Assembly (NCBI GenBank): GCA_964252035.1
Contig: OZ176200.1
Origin: Podarcis erhardii
Lineage: Eukaryota
Length of the DNA stretch: 64,000 nucleotides
Direction: 5' to 3' (one strand)
The notes beneath the pieces are model-generated. The model saw only the letters and a program-made list of their open reading frames with translations. It was not told where the DNA came from and did not search any database. The position numbers and the translations under genes are program-made. Shown here piece after piece: positions 1-13,964 of the stretch. Positions within the stretch are counted from its first letter, which is position 1, and every line of letters begins with the position of its first letter.

Positions 1-206
1 GGCTTAGCGGATTAGCGCTATTAGCGGTTTAGCGGCTTAGAAAAAGGGGGGGAAGGGAAAAAAACCCGCAGGAACTCGCAAGACATTTTCGTCTTGCGAA
101 GCAAGCCCATAGGAAATTCGTTTTGCGAAGCACCTCCAAAACGGAAAACTCTTTCGTCTAGCGAGTTTTCCGTCTTGCGAGGCATTCGTCTTGCGGGGCA
201 CCACTG
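1..206. mobile_element. Tc1/mariner (Tigger-like) MITE, partial; family A
   Basis: Ends ...CTTGCGGGGCACCACTG followed by TA; reverse complement of the 54242 copy. Confidence 0.85.
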
Positions 207-303
207 TACTGAAGGCATTTAAATGTATTTCCTATTTTGCACCAAAGAGAAAGATCAAATCAAGGCTTTATTAAAAGAAGAAGACAGAGCAAATATAACT
301 CAC

Positions 304-505
304 CAGTAGGTAAGGACCCTTTTTGTTGCGATGCATGCTGGAGCTGAAGAATGTGGAAACAATCGTTTAAGCAATTCATTGTGGCCATAGAGGTTGCCTT
401 GAGCATCAGCAGGTCTTGGTCCAAGGAAGAAAGATGGCCAGAGGAAGGAAGACATTCTATGTTCCTTATCAAGTCTCTCTGCTGTCCCTCAGCTTGCAAC
501 ATCAT
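304..505 (-). CDS. OSBPL11: OSBPL11 coding exon 6 ([12 protein letters not shown]...KGSLPT)
   Basis: ctag|ATG ATG ... ACT G|gtgagt; 202 nt. Confidence 0.95.
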
Positions 506-3500
506 CTAGCAGGCAAGTAATGCACAAAAGGCTGAGGTTTGGGTCATCTGAAACATCAGCTGAACTCTCATTTACCTAAAATTCCTTGTTATTCAAATTC
601 AGTGTGCCAACGTAACATTATGAAAAGAGCACAGGCTTCATCCAATCCCCTGAACTCTTCAAACATCCAAACTATATAGATGGTTAAATGAAGCTACTTC
701 TTACTTCAGTGGAGGCAGTGGAACATGTCCTTAACCATGCCCAAGAGCTAATGGCTAGTTATGGGGGCACAGGACAGGTCATACGTAGCCTTCCTTCCAG
801 CAAAAAGGAACAGCCAAGGGCTCAGCAAAAACATCTGGGGTAGGTGTGTCTGCCTCCATTGCCTCCCAGGTCTCTGCCTAATTATAGGGCCTGCCTTGCA
901 TTGCAGAAATGGCTTGAGACCTCAGGTGGTTCTTTAGTCAAATTATCTTGGGAAATAACTCTATCTAAACTCACCTAGCCAGTTTTTTTGGGTAACCTAC
1001 TCATTCAAACCAGCAAGAACATATTGCATATTCAGACTAAATAAGCAACCACACACACACACAAAAACCTATTTTTAAAAGCACCATATGATGGTGCCAA
1101 TCCATTCCTTTAGAACCATAACCATATAAATGATCACATTCCACTCCTTTGCTGAAACCTATGGCAGCAAATTTTTAGTTATTTAATTTATTAGTATTGC
1201 ATTTTTATTGCCAGGGAGAGGCGATTGTGGGGCTTTTTGCCTCGCATTCCAAAATAACACAGCCTTGGTTGAGCCAGTGGGTTGGGGTGGGGGAAAGTGG
1301 AGAAGACAACCATTTACTGTGAAATATCTTGGGCTGAACCTGAAGGAAAGAAACATTCGTGCTAATAATCTACTACACAAAAGTATCAGCCCTATATTAA
1401 AAAGAAGCACTATTCTTTTCTCTACTCAAAACAAGTTTTATCTTTTGTGGATGCTTCAGATGGGATGGAAACCAGGTAAGATATCACATATCTCCAGAGT
1501 CCTGCACCTTCCCTCTTGTCTTGTCTTAACCCCCCCCCCCCCACTATCTGAATGAAATACTTCAGCATTGGTTTTAACCACAGTCAAAGATTAATCACAA
1601 TTCTTCACCATCTTGAAGCCTCAAACCTGTCCAGTTCTCTGTCCTGCTTGTTCTTAATGCTCTTTTTAGACAGAGGAAAGCCAGAAATGTGGTATGGTTA
1701 ACACTGCTGGAGCAAAGCCAAGCACCAACCTAGAAGTTAAGACACAGTAGCAGAAATAGCTCTGCTTTGGATTTATTGAGACTTTAGAAATCCACCTTTT
1801 GAATCGAACTAGGTTCGCTCTGACTTTCATCATAGTTGGTGCTCAGTAGGAATGAGGAGTTACCATATCCTCACCCCTCAAAACCCAAGGGTAAAAGGAT
1901 GTCAATGGATCCTAAACTCCAGCGTTTTTGATTTTGTTTTAAGCAGATGATGAGCAGGCAGCACAGGATGTCTTGACCATGATCACTTGACAGAGTACTG
2001 AGAGCACAACTGGGTCACTCTACTTTTTGGCTATGTGATCTATTATGCATGGCGATCTCAACCTTCTGTAGCCAGCAATGAGAGCAGATTACATAGATAA
2101 TTCACTGCACAGCTTATTCAAACGAATATAAGGGAGGCTACGAGAGGGAGACTGATAGAATTTCATCACCATCCAGTGCTACATTCCAGCCCCAAGACTT
2201 ATTACAGGAGTGATGATGGAACTAGTCATGTGTTTCCTGCTCAGTTTCCTAATTTAAAGAATCATGGTCCAAGTGTCTGAGCTTGCTTTTCAAGAAAGAG
2301 CCAATCCCAAGTTCAGAGAGTAAGGTATCTCCCCACCCCTGTTAGGTCAAGATAACACCTGTAACCCCTTAGTTCCATGTGTAATATTTTCTTTCTCAAC
2401 ATGAAAGGATTATTTATTTATTTATTTATTAAATTTATACCTTGCCTTTCCATACAAAATACTCAAGGAAGCCAACAATAAAATAAACAAGAATAAATCG
2501 CAACTATCACCCCGCCGGGTACCCAGATAAAGAAGTATAGAGAATGGAAATAGCAGTTTATCAATTACTAGTTTTGTACTAGCGACCCATGATTAAGGCA
2601 GCGAAGAATGAGAGCACATGTTAAGCTCAATGCTCACTGCCAACCTCAACCTGAGTAGATTAAGGGAAAAGTAACCAGAATAAGTTATTGACGCTGCAAT
2701 GTGTAAATTACTATTATCATAAATTCAATTATTGTGTTGAATTTCAGATAGTACAGGGACTATTTGCTTCCCAAAGCAAGCTATTCTTAACCAAGAAACT
2801 GGTTTTTAAAAAAGTTAAGATTATACTAACCTCCCGTACATCAATTAAATGATCTGGCTGCAAAATGGGAATTCTCCTCCCAGCTGGCAGCTTGTGATGC
2901 CCAACATTAAAAAAGGAAGCTGCATTTTGGCTGGGTCTTCTTTGCACACCAGGGGAGCCACTTCCTTGAGATGCGAGAGAGAAGCTGCGAGATTTCAGAG
3001 GAGGATTGTTCTGGTGAACAAACATACATATTAGGAATACTTGAAAACTAATCTTTAAGTCTCCACCTTTTTTACTTATATACATATTAAGTACATAGAT
3101 ATACTATTAGAATATGCACTCAATAATTTCGAAAACCCTGAGGACTGGCTAAATCATCAACATATATTCAGGCCTTGACCAATGCTAAATATTCTTCAGA
3201 ATGCGGAACTAGCACCCATGGGGCTGCTGCTCCATCTCCCCCACCATAAAAGAGAACAGACATCTTCCCTGTTGTGCAGTATGCACTGTACACCTACCGT
3301 ATTTTTCGCTCCATAAGACGCACTTTTTTCCTCTTAAAAACTAAGGGGAAATGTCTGTGCGTCTTATGGAGCGAATGTGTGGCCCCCAGCCCCGCAAGCT
3401 CTAGGAGCAGTGGCAAGGCTGCCTGCAACCTTGCCGCCGCTCCCTGACCTGTTTTGGGGGCTGGGGTTGGGGGAAGCTCGGGCTTCCCCTGCCCCAGCCC

Positions 3501-6500
3501 CGTGGCTAAAAAGGAAGCCAAGATAGTGAAGCCATCCCGCTCGCTGTCTTGGCTTCTTTGCTCTTTGGGGCTGGGGGGGGGGGGGACCCGGGCTTCCCCC
3601 GGCAGCCCCAGCAGCTCTGGGAGAAGCGGACATAAGATTTTTTTTCTTGATTCCCCCCCCCTAAAAACTAGGTGCGCCTTATGGTCCGGTGCACCTTATG
3701 AGCGAAAAATACGGTAATTTACATCTACAAGAAAAAACAGATTTGCAGTCTAATCCCATGCATGCTTCCTCAGAAGTCCATCCCACTGGGTTCAACAACG
3801 ATTACTCCTAAGTGAAAGGGCTGCAGTTTCAGTTTTAAGGACTGCATTGCCATTACAATTTCAGGAAACAGACTTCAGATATCCCAAGTGCAGAAGAGAC
3901 AGTGGTCCATGGAAAAAGCCAAACCTAGTTGGAAAGTTGTAGAATTTCCTTCTCTGGGTGTTTAGCTAACTACCTGTCAGATTATTTAGGTTTTACTGAA
4001 CAGTGCCATAAGAAGCTACGGAGAAGTTACTTCAGTGGCAATCAGAGGAGGTCCCCGCTATTCAACTATTACAACAAATACACGCTTAAGTTTGCAGCAT
4101 CACATTTCAAATAAAACGTCATTAAAACCTAATTCGTCTTGGCATTGCTGTCATCTTTCTATGGTAGGCTGACGCTTCTTCAGCAATTGTAATTATGACC
4201 CTTTAAGCTACATAATTGATGGGCAGTTTAAATAACTGCTGCATAACTTAAAGTATACGTTACAGACAGTACCTTTCCAATTGCTTCAGTGTGGTGCTGT
4301 GTGCATATCTGAAGCCTGCTGACCCAATGCTGCCGTTCTTTGGCATCAGTAGCTGGGTTAAAAAAAAAAATCATCAGAAGGAAAAGGAAGTTCAGAGGCA
4401 AACAAGGCAAGAATATAATTATTTATTTCAGGTTAAGTTTTGTTTAGGGAATGTCACTTCCAGCAATGCAGAAGGAGAGGGTGTGTAAAATGTGGCATAG
4501 ATACAACCTGTGGCACCTCTTGCTTTGGGTTACTGGGTCTTATCCTGAGGCATATCATAACTCTAACCTCCCACTGCAATGGTTCTGTGATCGATGTAGC
4601 ATTGGTTGTCCACAGTATGCTTTTAGGTGATGCCAGGGCCACAGCAAAAATAGAGGAAAATGTTTTCTACAGCAAACAATGGCAAATGTTGAACTAAAAC
4701 AACTCCTCCTGCACTCTGAGGAAGCTATACTGAAAAAGGAGCGTGCACATGTCAAAAAGGAGCGCTAAGCCCTAGTGGGCTGCCCCCTTACCCGCTTGTG
4801 ACTGACAGACAGTCAGCCAATCAGGATTTTTATTCTTCACTTTTCACTTCCCTCAGTGATCCTGTGGCCTCTTGTTGTGGCCCTCATTTATGCATTTTTC
4901 ACCTGGGGCCCCCTTAGAATATCCTGGTGGCCCCCGGTTGGGAAACACTGTTCTAACACACCCACACCTTTTCACAATCCACTGATTGGGCTGGGACAAA
5001 TATGGGAATCAGATAAGTGCAACTGTAAGATATACTAAGTGTTGCAAGTATTCACTATGAGTCAGAAGAAACATTCCAGTCTGAACTACAACAGAAAACT
5101 CCTCTTCAATGAAATGTGGCATTTGTCTGAACGCCTGTGTAAAAGGGTGAAGACCTATCAACCCTCATTCTTCAGCAGTCACATTTTGCAACTATGTATT
5201 TTAGTAAAAATTTACAGCACATTGATTGGTTACATCTCTTGTTTTGACTAAAAGCACCACTCTCCCCAAACGATGCATATAGAAAAAATGTGACTGTTTT
5301 TATGCCAATTATCAAAGTGGAATGGTTAACATGATTTCAATTGTTTAAAATATATATATATATTTTAAAAACTTGAATAAATCTCAAGAACACACGGTAA
5401 TTACAATAGTTTTGTATATACCTATAATATGCATATAAATATTTTACCACATGGAGACATTATATTCACTAATATTTGTGTTATAGTCATTATTCCTAAA
5501 TTAGAGGATTTCACTTATCTTTAGTATTTCTCTTGTCTACTATGCATTTTTTATGTAAAAAGAAAGTGCTTTATACCTCTAGCAGTTTAATTTGTAAAAA
5601 AAAAATTGTTCAAATTCAGACACAGTAATTTTTCAGAATGCACAAAACAGCAAGCAGACACTGACTTGAAGAAGACAGCTACCCAAAGACAAGCAAAGAA
5701 GAGGCTAGGCTTCCTCCTAGTGGGGAAGTCCAAGAACTACGGAGTCTTACCTCGCAGCTTATATTGTTCTCCACTAGCTGCATTCACTGTGAATGTATGA
5801 GAATCTTCATCACTAGGAGAGATCACAGCTCCAGCCAGCTGTAATGTACCCCTGGGCTTCTGGTTTCTCAGCTGTTCATTCACAAAATACTCCAGGAGAC
5901 CAGCTTCATTGTTCAAGACAAAATACCTGTAAGTTTTGAGGGAAATAAACCGTGTAAGAGTAAAGCAAGACTAAAGGTTAAACAAATTATTCTTTACACA
6001 GATGGCCATATTTATACATTTTGGGATTACAGAAAACTGGGTTGTGTCAATAATAGAAATGATTAGTTTTGGAATGCCCATCAACTGACTGATCAAATAT
6101 TCCATGAAGTCATGAGCAGTCATTGTCTGCCTTGAAGACCAGTCTGCCAGCTATAACCAGTTTCTTCCTGTTAGTTCAATAAATTGACTCCCCACTCAGT
6201 GAATAAGCTGCCTCTGGGTCCACAGCCATGCTAAATGTACAGGCTGAGGGACAGGACCTCAGATCCTGCAGTTCCCCAGACTGGCAAGGAAGTCCTTCTA
6301 CCACGAAGGAATTGTACATGTTCATTTTGTCCTTAGAAAAATATTATTTCTCCCCTTGGTATGTAACTCTGTGCTGCTACCGAGACTGATGTTTTTGATG
6401 TGGGGGTGGTGAGGCTTTTCAGAGCAGCACAGGGTTAGGCCTGAATGTTGGGGGATTAGGTCACCAAAGTTCATCAGAATACTCTCTCATCACCAGAAAA

Positions 6501-9500
6501 CCTCTTGAACTTGGAACTGGCTTAGAGGGTCTGCATCTGGTGCTGGGCCATAAAAACAAACTAGGAATACCACTGCTGTGCCATCCCCCTTTGCTGCTCA
6601 GTAACCTCAGCGACTGAACTGGCTGAAGTGGTCTCTGGTAAGATTTTGGAAGAACAAAGACAATTATTCTAGGCGATTTCAATTTTCATGTGGGGTCTAC
6701 TGTCAGTCCAGCTTGGCATTTCCTAGCCTCCATGGCTATGATGGGAACGCCACAACAGACTGTTGGCAAACCACACAGAACAGAGCATACCCTGAATGTG
6801 GTTTTTGCTCTGAACAATGGGAGGAGCAGTCTGAAAGGAGGGGATTCCACAATACCCCTGTGTCACGGACAGACCACTTACTGGGAAAGTGCGGACTTCT
6901 GGTGCCAGTGTCTCTCTACAGGGATGGAGGACCAAGAGGGATAGCCTACCCCTGAGATTTATGGAATCCAAGGGATTCCTGAATGATATCTGGAGGATTT
7001 CCCACAGGCGAACCTGTTGAAGATTTCATCACATTGAGAAAAAGTGAGGTAACACACAATTGACCCTGAGTGTCCTCTCAGGTGCTGCAGAGTCCAGGCA
7101 GCCCCATGGTACTCTAAGGAGCATAGAAGATGAAGCAGGCTGGATAATGACTAGAATGCCAATGGCACATGTCTCATCCTGAAGCTGATCAAACACTAGT
7201 TAGAGTGCACAACCATGCCAACTATGCAGTAGTGCAGATGGCAAAACTTTATCAGATGCACTGCACCTTCCAGTAAATGTCCAACTGCGTTTTCTAATGT
7301 GGCCTGAAGTTTGATCACAACTGCTGTTGTGGGTGGACCTGTAGTGTCCTTGGAAGCCCTTTGTGACCATTTTGCTTTCTACTTTTGAGGACAAACTCAC
7401 TTGATGCCCGAAGGACACCTCTGTTGAGTTGTCCGTTGCCATGTCTAACCAGCTGCTGCAGCCTGACAGGGTGCTTTCTACTTTTGAGGACAAACTCACT
7501 TGATGCCCGAAGGACACCTCTGTTGAGTTGTCCGTTGCCATGTCTAACCAGCTGCTGCAGCCTGACAGGGTGCTTTCTACTTTTGAGGACAAACTCACTT
7601 GATGCCCGAAGGACACCTCTGTTGAGTTGTCCGTTGCCATGTCTAACCAGCTGCTGCAGCCTGACAGGGTGCATGCAGCAATGCTCTCTTGACCCCTGCT
7701 CTTCTTGGCTAATAAAAACTAGCTGAAAGGGTGTGACTGGGTGGGTTCAGAATGTAGCCAAGACATTTCTGCATTGGGGAGGGTCCCTGCTGTCCTCAAG
7801 GCAGCAGAGGTGTAGCCACTCCTCAAGCAGCCTGCCCTGGACCTTTGATATAGGGCAACTTCCTTTCTAAAGGAGGAAAGTCATGGTGGAATCATGGTGG
7901 AGCAACTGCAGGCATGCCTAGAGGATACCGATTTTCTAGACCCTTCCCCGTCTAGGTTCAGGCCTGGTTATGGGATGAATCACCCTTGGGTCATTCAAAG
8001 GATTACCTTTATTAAGAGCAGGACACAGAAAGTATAACCATTCTCCTTCTTCTAAGGTTTTTGATAGTACTGACAATGGCATCCTCTTGGATTACTCTAC
8101 GAAATTAGTACAGGAGGGACTGCACTGCATTATCTCCAATACTCATCTGCAGGGTCCAGAGAACAGGTTTATGACCCTCTGCCCAATATTTTTATTTTGC
8201 CAGAAAGGAACTTTTAAGAATGCCACATGATGTTTGCCTTGCTTCCAAAAGATAGAAGTCCTTTAGACTGTCTGCGCATAGGTTGTGGAACTCCTTCCCT
8301 ATTACTATTAAGCAGTAACAATTGGTGCTTTGTTTCAGATTCCTGCTTATGACTCTTCTGTTTGCACAGGCTTTGCTGATGTATGGCTCAGTCACTGGTT
8401 ATTGTGCATTGCAGCCAATATATTTGCTGAATACTTTATAGGGGGAGGGAAACACAGCAGCAATTTAGGATGGAATCATCTAGATTAGGGAACAGGGCTT
8501 AGGGACTCCTCCCCAGCACTGATGCTCTGACCAAATTCATAGTTCTATGCCTGTGTTTAAAAAAACGGGTTGCTGCTGTTTCTAAAAAAAGCTTGGTAGA
8601 TCCAGTCACATATCATGCATGGCTTGGTCCTTTCTGTTGCTGTACTTGTAAATTATGTGTACAACATTTTTAAAACTTGCTAAGTTGCCCAAGACATCAG
8701 GGCTGGGGAAGTGGGATAATTTTTTGTGAAGGACTTTTGGGGCACTCTGTTGGCTCACACACACCAAATAACTCTAATGATAATTATATACTACTATTTC
8801 CGTTATTAAAAGATGAAATTGTGCTACTGCTGCTTCATCACCGCCTGTTTATAGGACAATAAAAATGCAATGGTTTCCTATGGGGTTAGTTTAATCACTA
8901 TATAGCACCAATAACAAAATGTGTATTTGGGAAACCTCAGTGCAACGAAAACTAGTTGCTGACACATTGAGAGTTCAAGTTCAAACTGCACAGACAATAA
9001 AGATGGGAGAAGCAAATTGATACAGCAGATATTTAGAGGAAATCGTGAAATGCTGTTCCCTTAGCTCAAAACACACAATGCAATACAACTAAGGCATTAG
9101 GATAGAAAAGGAAGGTGAAGTGCTTGGTTCACTTTTTAATTCTTCCCCTTAACCAGCTCTAAAGTCCAAGCGAATTTAACAGGCTTTAAAAATATACTGA
9201 TGTGATTAACCTGAACCAAAACATAGTGCATACTTCAGAGAGCATACTTCAGAGAGCCGGGAGGAAAAAATAAGGAGGGGCATACCCAAATCTGTCAAAT
9301 CTAAATAACATTGAGCTTTTGGGGTAGAAGGAAAGACTGCAGGGGTTGGGAGCAGCAGCAAAATTTGAATTCCTCAAAGCCTCTTTAGATTTGTGAAAAA
9401 CAAGCACTTCAAACCTTTTTCAAATGTCCCCAAATACTAGGTATGCTAAATATTCTCCAAGAAGTATCTCAGAATACCATCTGTAATATTCAACGGGGAT

Positions 9501-12500
9501 GCAGTATTTTCTCTTGTAAACACTATGCTTTTCAAATGTACTGTACAATATAACATTTGAAAGCAAAGCATGCCTCATTATTTGCACTTTACTCCCAAAT
9601 ATTAACTGTGCTCTGGGTTTTTCAAATGTGTTTCATAGCAGAGTTTTTCCTCAGAAACACACAAAACCTACTAGTCAAATGAGGGCATTTACAGCTCAGG
9701 CAATCAATGCCTGGCACAAAAATAAGAGATTACTGATGCAACACTTCTGCCTTTATCTGTAGTTTGCTTATCCTTTTCTAAAACAGAACAAAAGCAGCCC
9801 TTGACTATTTCCAGCATTTTAAAACAAATCCCTGCCTACTGATTAAGACAACTTCATTTCATCATTAGGTAATACAGTGAATTTTTAAGAAACCGTACTT
9901 ACCGGTACTGCCAGCCTGTGACAAGATTTGTGTATTTCATTAAATAGCCCGATATATTTTCCATGTGGTCACTGTGACAAATATAAGAACAAAGTCCATC
10001 AGAAAAAGAGTAATAATGACAATGAAAACATTTCACGTAGAAGTTCTGCAATTTCATATTTGCAGCCTAAATCTTCTTCCAATAACTTTATTTTTAGAAG
10101 CTGACTCTAAGTCAGCATTAATGTCAAATGACTCTGAAACAGAGACTGCTGCAAGTGCTTGGTCTTCTCCTTGTCTTTGCAGTGTGGATTCAGAACGGGA
10201 GATGCTTTACACCTACTACGCAGATTAAGGGGAGCCAATTCCAGCATTACTGACACAGAAACCACTTTGAATCTGCATTAAAATTACACGGCACCTCTCA
10301 TTTATAAAGCTTCAACATTAAGATTAAATTACTCAACACACTTAAGGTTTCTAATTTCCCCCAAGATTACGTCTGGGCTCTTGGACAACTTTTCACTATG
10401 AAAATTGTTCTTAACTAAGGCTAAAAAGAACAGGCTTAACAGAATGGAGTTAAGCAAATCCATCACTGGGCACTAGTAATTAAGGAAAGAGTTGTTTTCA
10501 TTTCCAAACACACTGTTCTTGGAACCTCTAAGTGCACATTATAAATTATAACTCTCATTGGAAAATGGAATATTTGGTGCAATTCCAAAAATCTAAAAGA
10601 AAGCTCTGAAACCCTGCCATGGTTCAGAAGATCATAGGCTTGTTTACATGTTGCACTGAACACAGATGCAAGCAATCTTTACATACGTGCAAGTGTTTGT
10701 GCAAGCGTGTGCACTTCCTAATTGATAAAGGTAAAGGTAAAGGTAAAGGGACCCCTGACCATTAGGTCCAGTCGTGACTGACTCTGGGGTTGCGGCACTC
10801 ATCTCGCTTTATTGGCTGAGGGAGCTGGCGTACAGCTTCTGGGTCATGTGGCCAGCATGACTAAGCCGCTTCTGGCAAACCAGAGCAGCGCACGGAAACG
10901 CCGTTTACCTTCCCACTGGAGCGGTACCTATTTATCTACTTGCACTTTGACGTGCTTTCGAACTGCTAGGTTGGCAGGAGCAGAGACTGAGCAACGGGAG
11001 CTCACCCCGTCGCGGGGATTCGAACCGCCGACCTTCTGATCGGCAAGTCCTAGGCTCTGTGGTTTAACCCACAGCGCCATCTATATGGCTCAACTAATCT
11101 GTATAGGCTGTGCACTCATTAAATGTTATATGTGGATGTCTGTAGAAGTGTACATATCAACTCTTTGTGTATACAGATCATACACTTGTTGAATGTAACA
11201 TCTGAACACCCTTCATATCTTAGCTTAATAAAGTAAGTTCACTAGGTGCAAATAGTCATATCTTAGCTTAATAAAGTAAGTTCACTAGGTGCAAATAGTC
11301 AAAAGCTGCTACCTCTCTCTGTCTCTGTCTCTCTCTCTCTCACACACACACCTCTCCCTCCCTCTCTCTGCCTAAGTGCATTTCTCCCTCACACAAACCA
11401 CACATTCAAATATAACTCCCCCCTCAGACACTACACACATATATATCCATCTCTGTGCCCAACTGTGTAATTCTTAAAACACACAGTCCTTTCATGGGGT
11501 GAAGCAAGTGCCTTCTGTAAGCCACTCAGAGTGGCTGGGAAAACCCACCCAATGGGCAGGGTATACCGGTAAATAATAATATCATTATTATTGAAATTAT
11601 TATTTTTATTCTGACAGTTCTAGGTAGGCAACAAACAAGCAAAGAGGATGGGCCACTAGGCAAGCAAAGAAGTCATCCCTACCATTTCTCCCCCCTCCAC
11701 AATCCTTGTAGACCAACCAAATCCAAGGTGGCAGGCCCTCCCAGCTCAACCCTGCCCCCCACCCCCAAATATTGAGGGTTACCAAGATGGCAGTCGTGGG
11801 TGCCATGGTGCCTGGAAGAACCAGGGAAGGCATTCTGCATTGGTTATCCCCAAGTTAAAGAGTGTGCCTGGGCCACTAATAAATGGGCCACAGCACCTAC
11901 ACCAGACGCCCTCCTCCCTTTAGACACTGGATTCCCAGTTAGTATCAGCTCCACCATCTATTCTATATATAGTTTGTTCTTCAGCCCAATGGGCTGCTAA
12001 GACATTGTTCCTAACTGAATCCGCTGTAAAGGAAACATACTGCTGTGTAATGCAAGTATATGGACATGTTACTGCCATCCTTTTGGCAATCTCTTCCAGC
12101 AGGTCCACATAGACACCCAACAGAAGAGGACAGAATGAAACCCTGACATGCCAGCACAGAATTACCGAAGAGTGGAAGAACAATCCCTGATCCACCTATG
12201 AGACTTGCCCAATCAAAAAGGAGAGTTCCACTTCTGGGTTCCTAACCCCAGTCAGATCCTATAAGTGGCCCACCAAGTTGAGTTGATGTAACTCTGAAGT
12301 GATATTTCCAGCCCTGGTTAAAGTACATCAAACAATCAAACTGGAAAATCTACCATTCAATGAATCTCATGCTGTACTGGGAAGTTGTCAAGGTAAAGCA
12401 ATGCTTCTCCGTGGTCACTTGGGAGAAAAGCAGCCCTGCATGCCTAAACACCAGGAATAAATATTTTAAAACCTATAGAAACTCTAAAAGACCTATAAAA

Positions 12501-13929
12501 ATCCACAATCAGCATATCCCATACAGCTAAGGGCACAGCGATATTCTACTAGGCACAGCCTTACTAAGCAAGTCAGCACGGCTGGGTGCCTATTTCATGT
12601 GCAAAACACAGAACCTGCCCTAGATGCAAGCTGAACTGAAGCATTTACTAAATATAATGACCTATTTTTCATTTAGAATCCTACATCAAAGTGCCTTCCT
12701 TTAGAACTGCAGACACAGGGTGTGTGAATAATTGAAATAGCATAAAAGAATCAGAAACGTTACTCAATTCAAGGGTGAGAAAGAGCAACACATCTTATAG
12801 TGGCGCAAACTGCCAATATTTTTAAAGTGTTGGATGGCACAGAATGTGGTGTCTAGTACTTTTTCTCAAATTACATCAACATAGAACTACCTTGCCACAA
12901 TTTGTAAAGGTGAATTGCCGCAAGTTGTAGTTCAGAGGCTTGATTCTTTTAACAGAAACTATGGCAACAAAAGAATTAAGCCAAATCTGTGATTAAAAAA
13001 TTGACGAGTTACAGACAGAAAATATAGTAAAGATGAATGAGTGCGTGAATCAGTGGCTGCCTCAGCAGAGTACAGTAATCAGGCATGTATATCATAAATC
13101 AGGTGGCTATGGTATTAAAATCTGGCTCCTATAAAATGCTTGTTGCAACATGGAGAAAGATAGATATTCCTTTGACCATCTTTTCTCTTTTACTACATAA
13201 TAATTCTGGAACAGGAGATTAAGATTTAATCATATTAGTTTTGATGATTTAGTCAATGAAATTGACCATTTTATATATGGACATAGATCAGCCATAGTGG
13301 TGTAAGCATTAGGGAAAATACAAAAAAAGTCTCTTGGTATCCCAAATCAAGCTTTGGTAACTGGTGAATTGGACTATTGAAATGCATGGGCTACCCATGA
13401 GGCTGATTTGGAAACTGCAGCTAATATAGAATTCTACAGCCTGGTTTTTCCTTCTGGAGTAGTGAGACTAGTAATTTGGAACAATACTTTTATTGAAATC
13501 AGACAGCCACCAGTTTTGTTGCCTACTGAAAACACTTTTGTCAAAAACTTTTAGAGAATAATTTTGACCAAGTGTTGGTCATTTCTTCCATATTTTGTTA
13601 TCTTTATAATTTTACAGTGTTTTCATCATTCTGTTGTACACCTCTATGGTTTTCAATGAGTTGTGTGTGTATGTGTGTGATAAAAATACACATTACTCTT
13701 GTCCATTAGGCCCTTGTATATGACAAAAAGCTTCATTCCATCGTTGTCTCTGGCGTTTTTCACCAGATTCTTTCTTTGCCCTTCCCACTTGCTGAAGAAA
13801 GTCTCTTTCCAAAGGGCTAGAGAAAATATTTCTAGCCATCAAGGTCTAACAAAAAAAAATTAACCATATATTCTTTGCTGAGTGATTGGCTGCTGATCAC
13901 AGTAAATGAGCTAAACTTGTAACAGCATC

Positions 13930-13964
<35 letters not shown>

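Noticed and set aside
1947-2280. Two box C/D-like pairs (ATGATGA 1947..CTGA 2001; GTGATGA 2210..CTGA 2280) at snoRNA-like spacing
   Set aside because: They are antisense to the host OSBPL11 intron, have no canonical terminal stem, and I recognised no rRNA/snRNA guide. Such short motifs arise by chance. An Rfam/snoScan hit would reverse this.
7200-7726. Repetitive ORFs and a CRISPR-like look of the 99-bp array
   Set aside because: The units are contiguous with no unique spacers, the host is eukaryotic, and the ORFs are by-products of a 99-nt unit inside an L2 relic.
13020-13135. Peptide ...[15 protein letters not shown] resembling piggyBac KYGIK
   Set aside because: The DDD-context residues are missing, a stop follows, and no TTAA-flanked TIRs were found.
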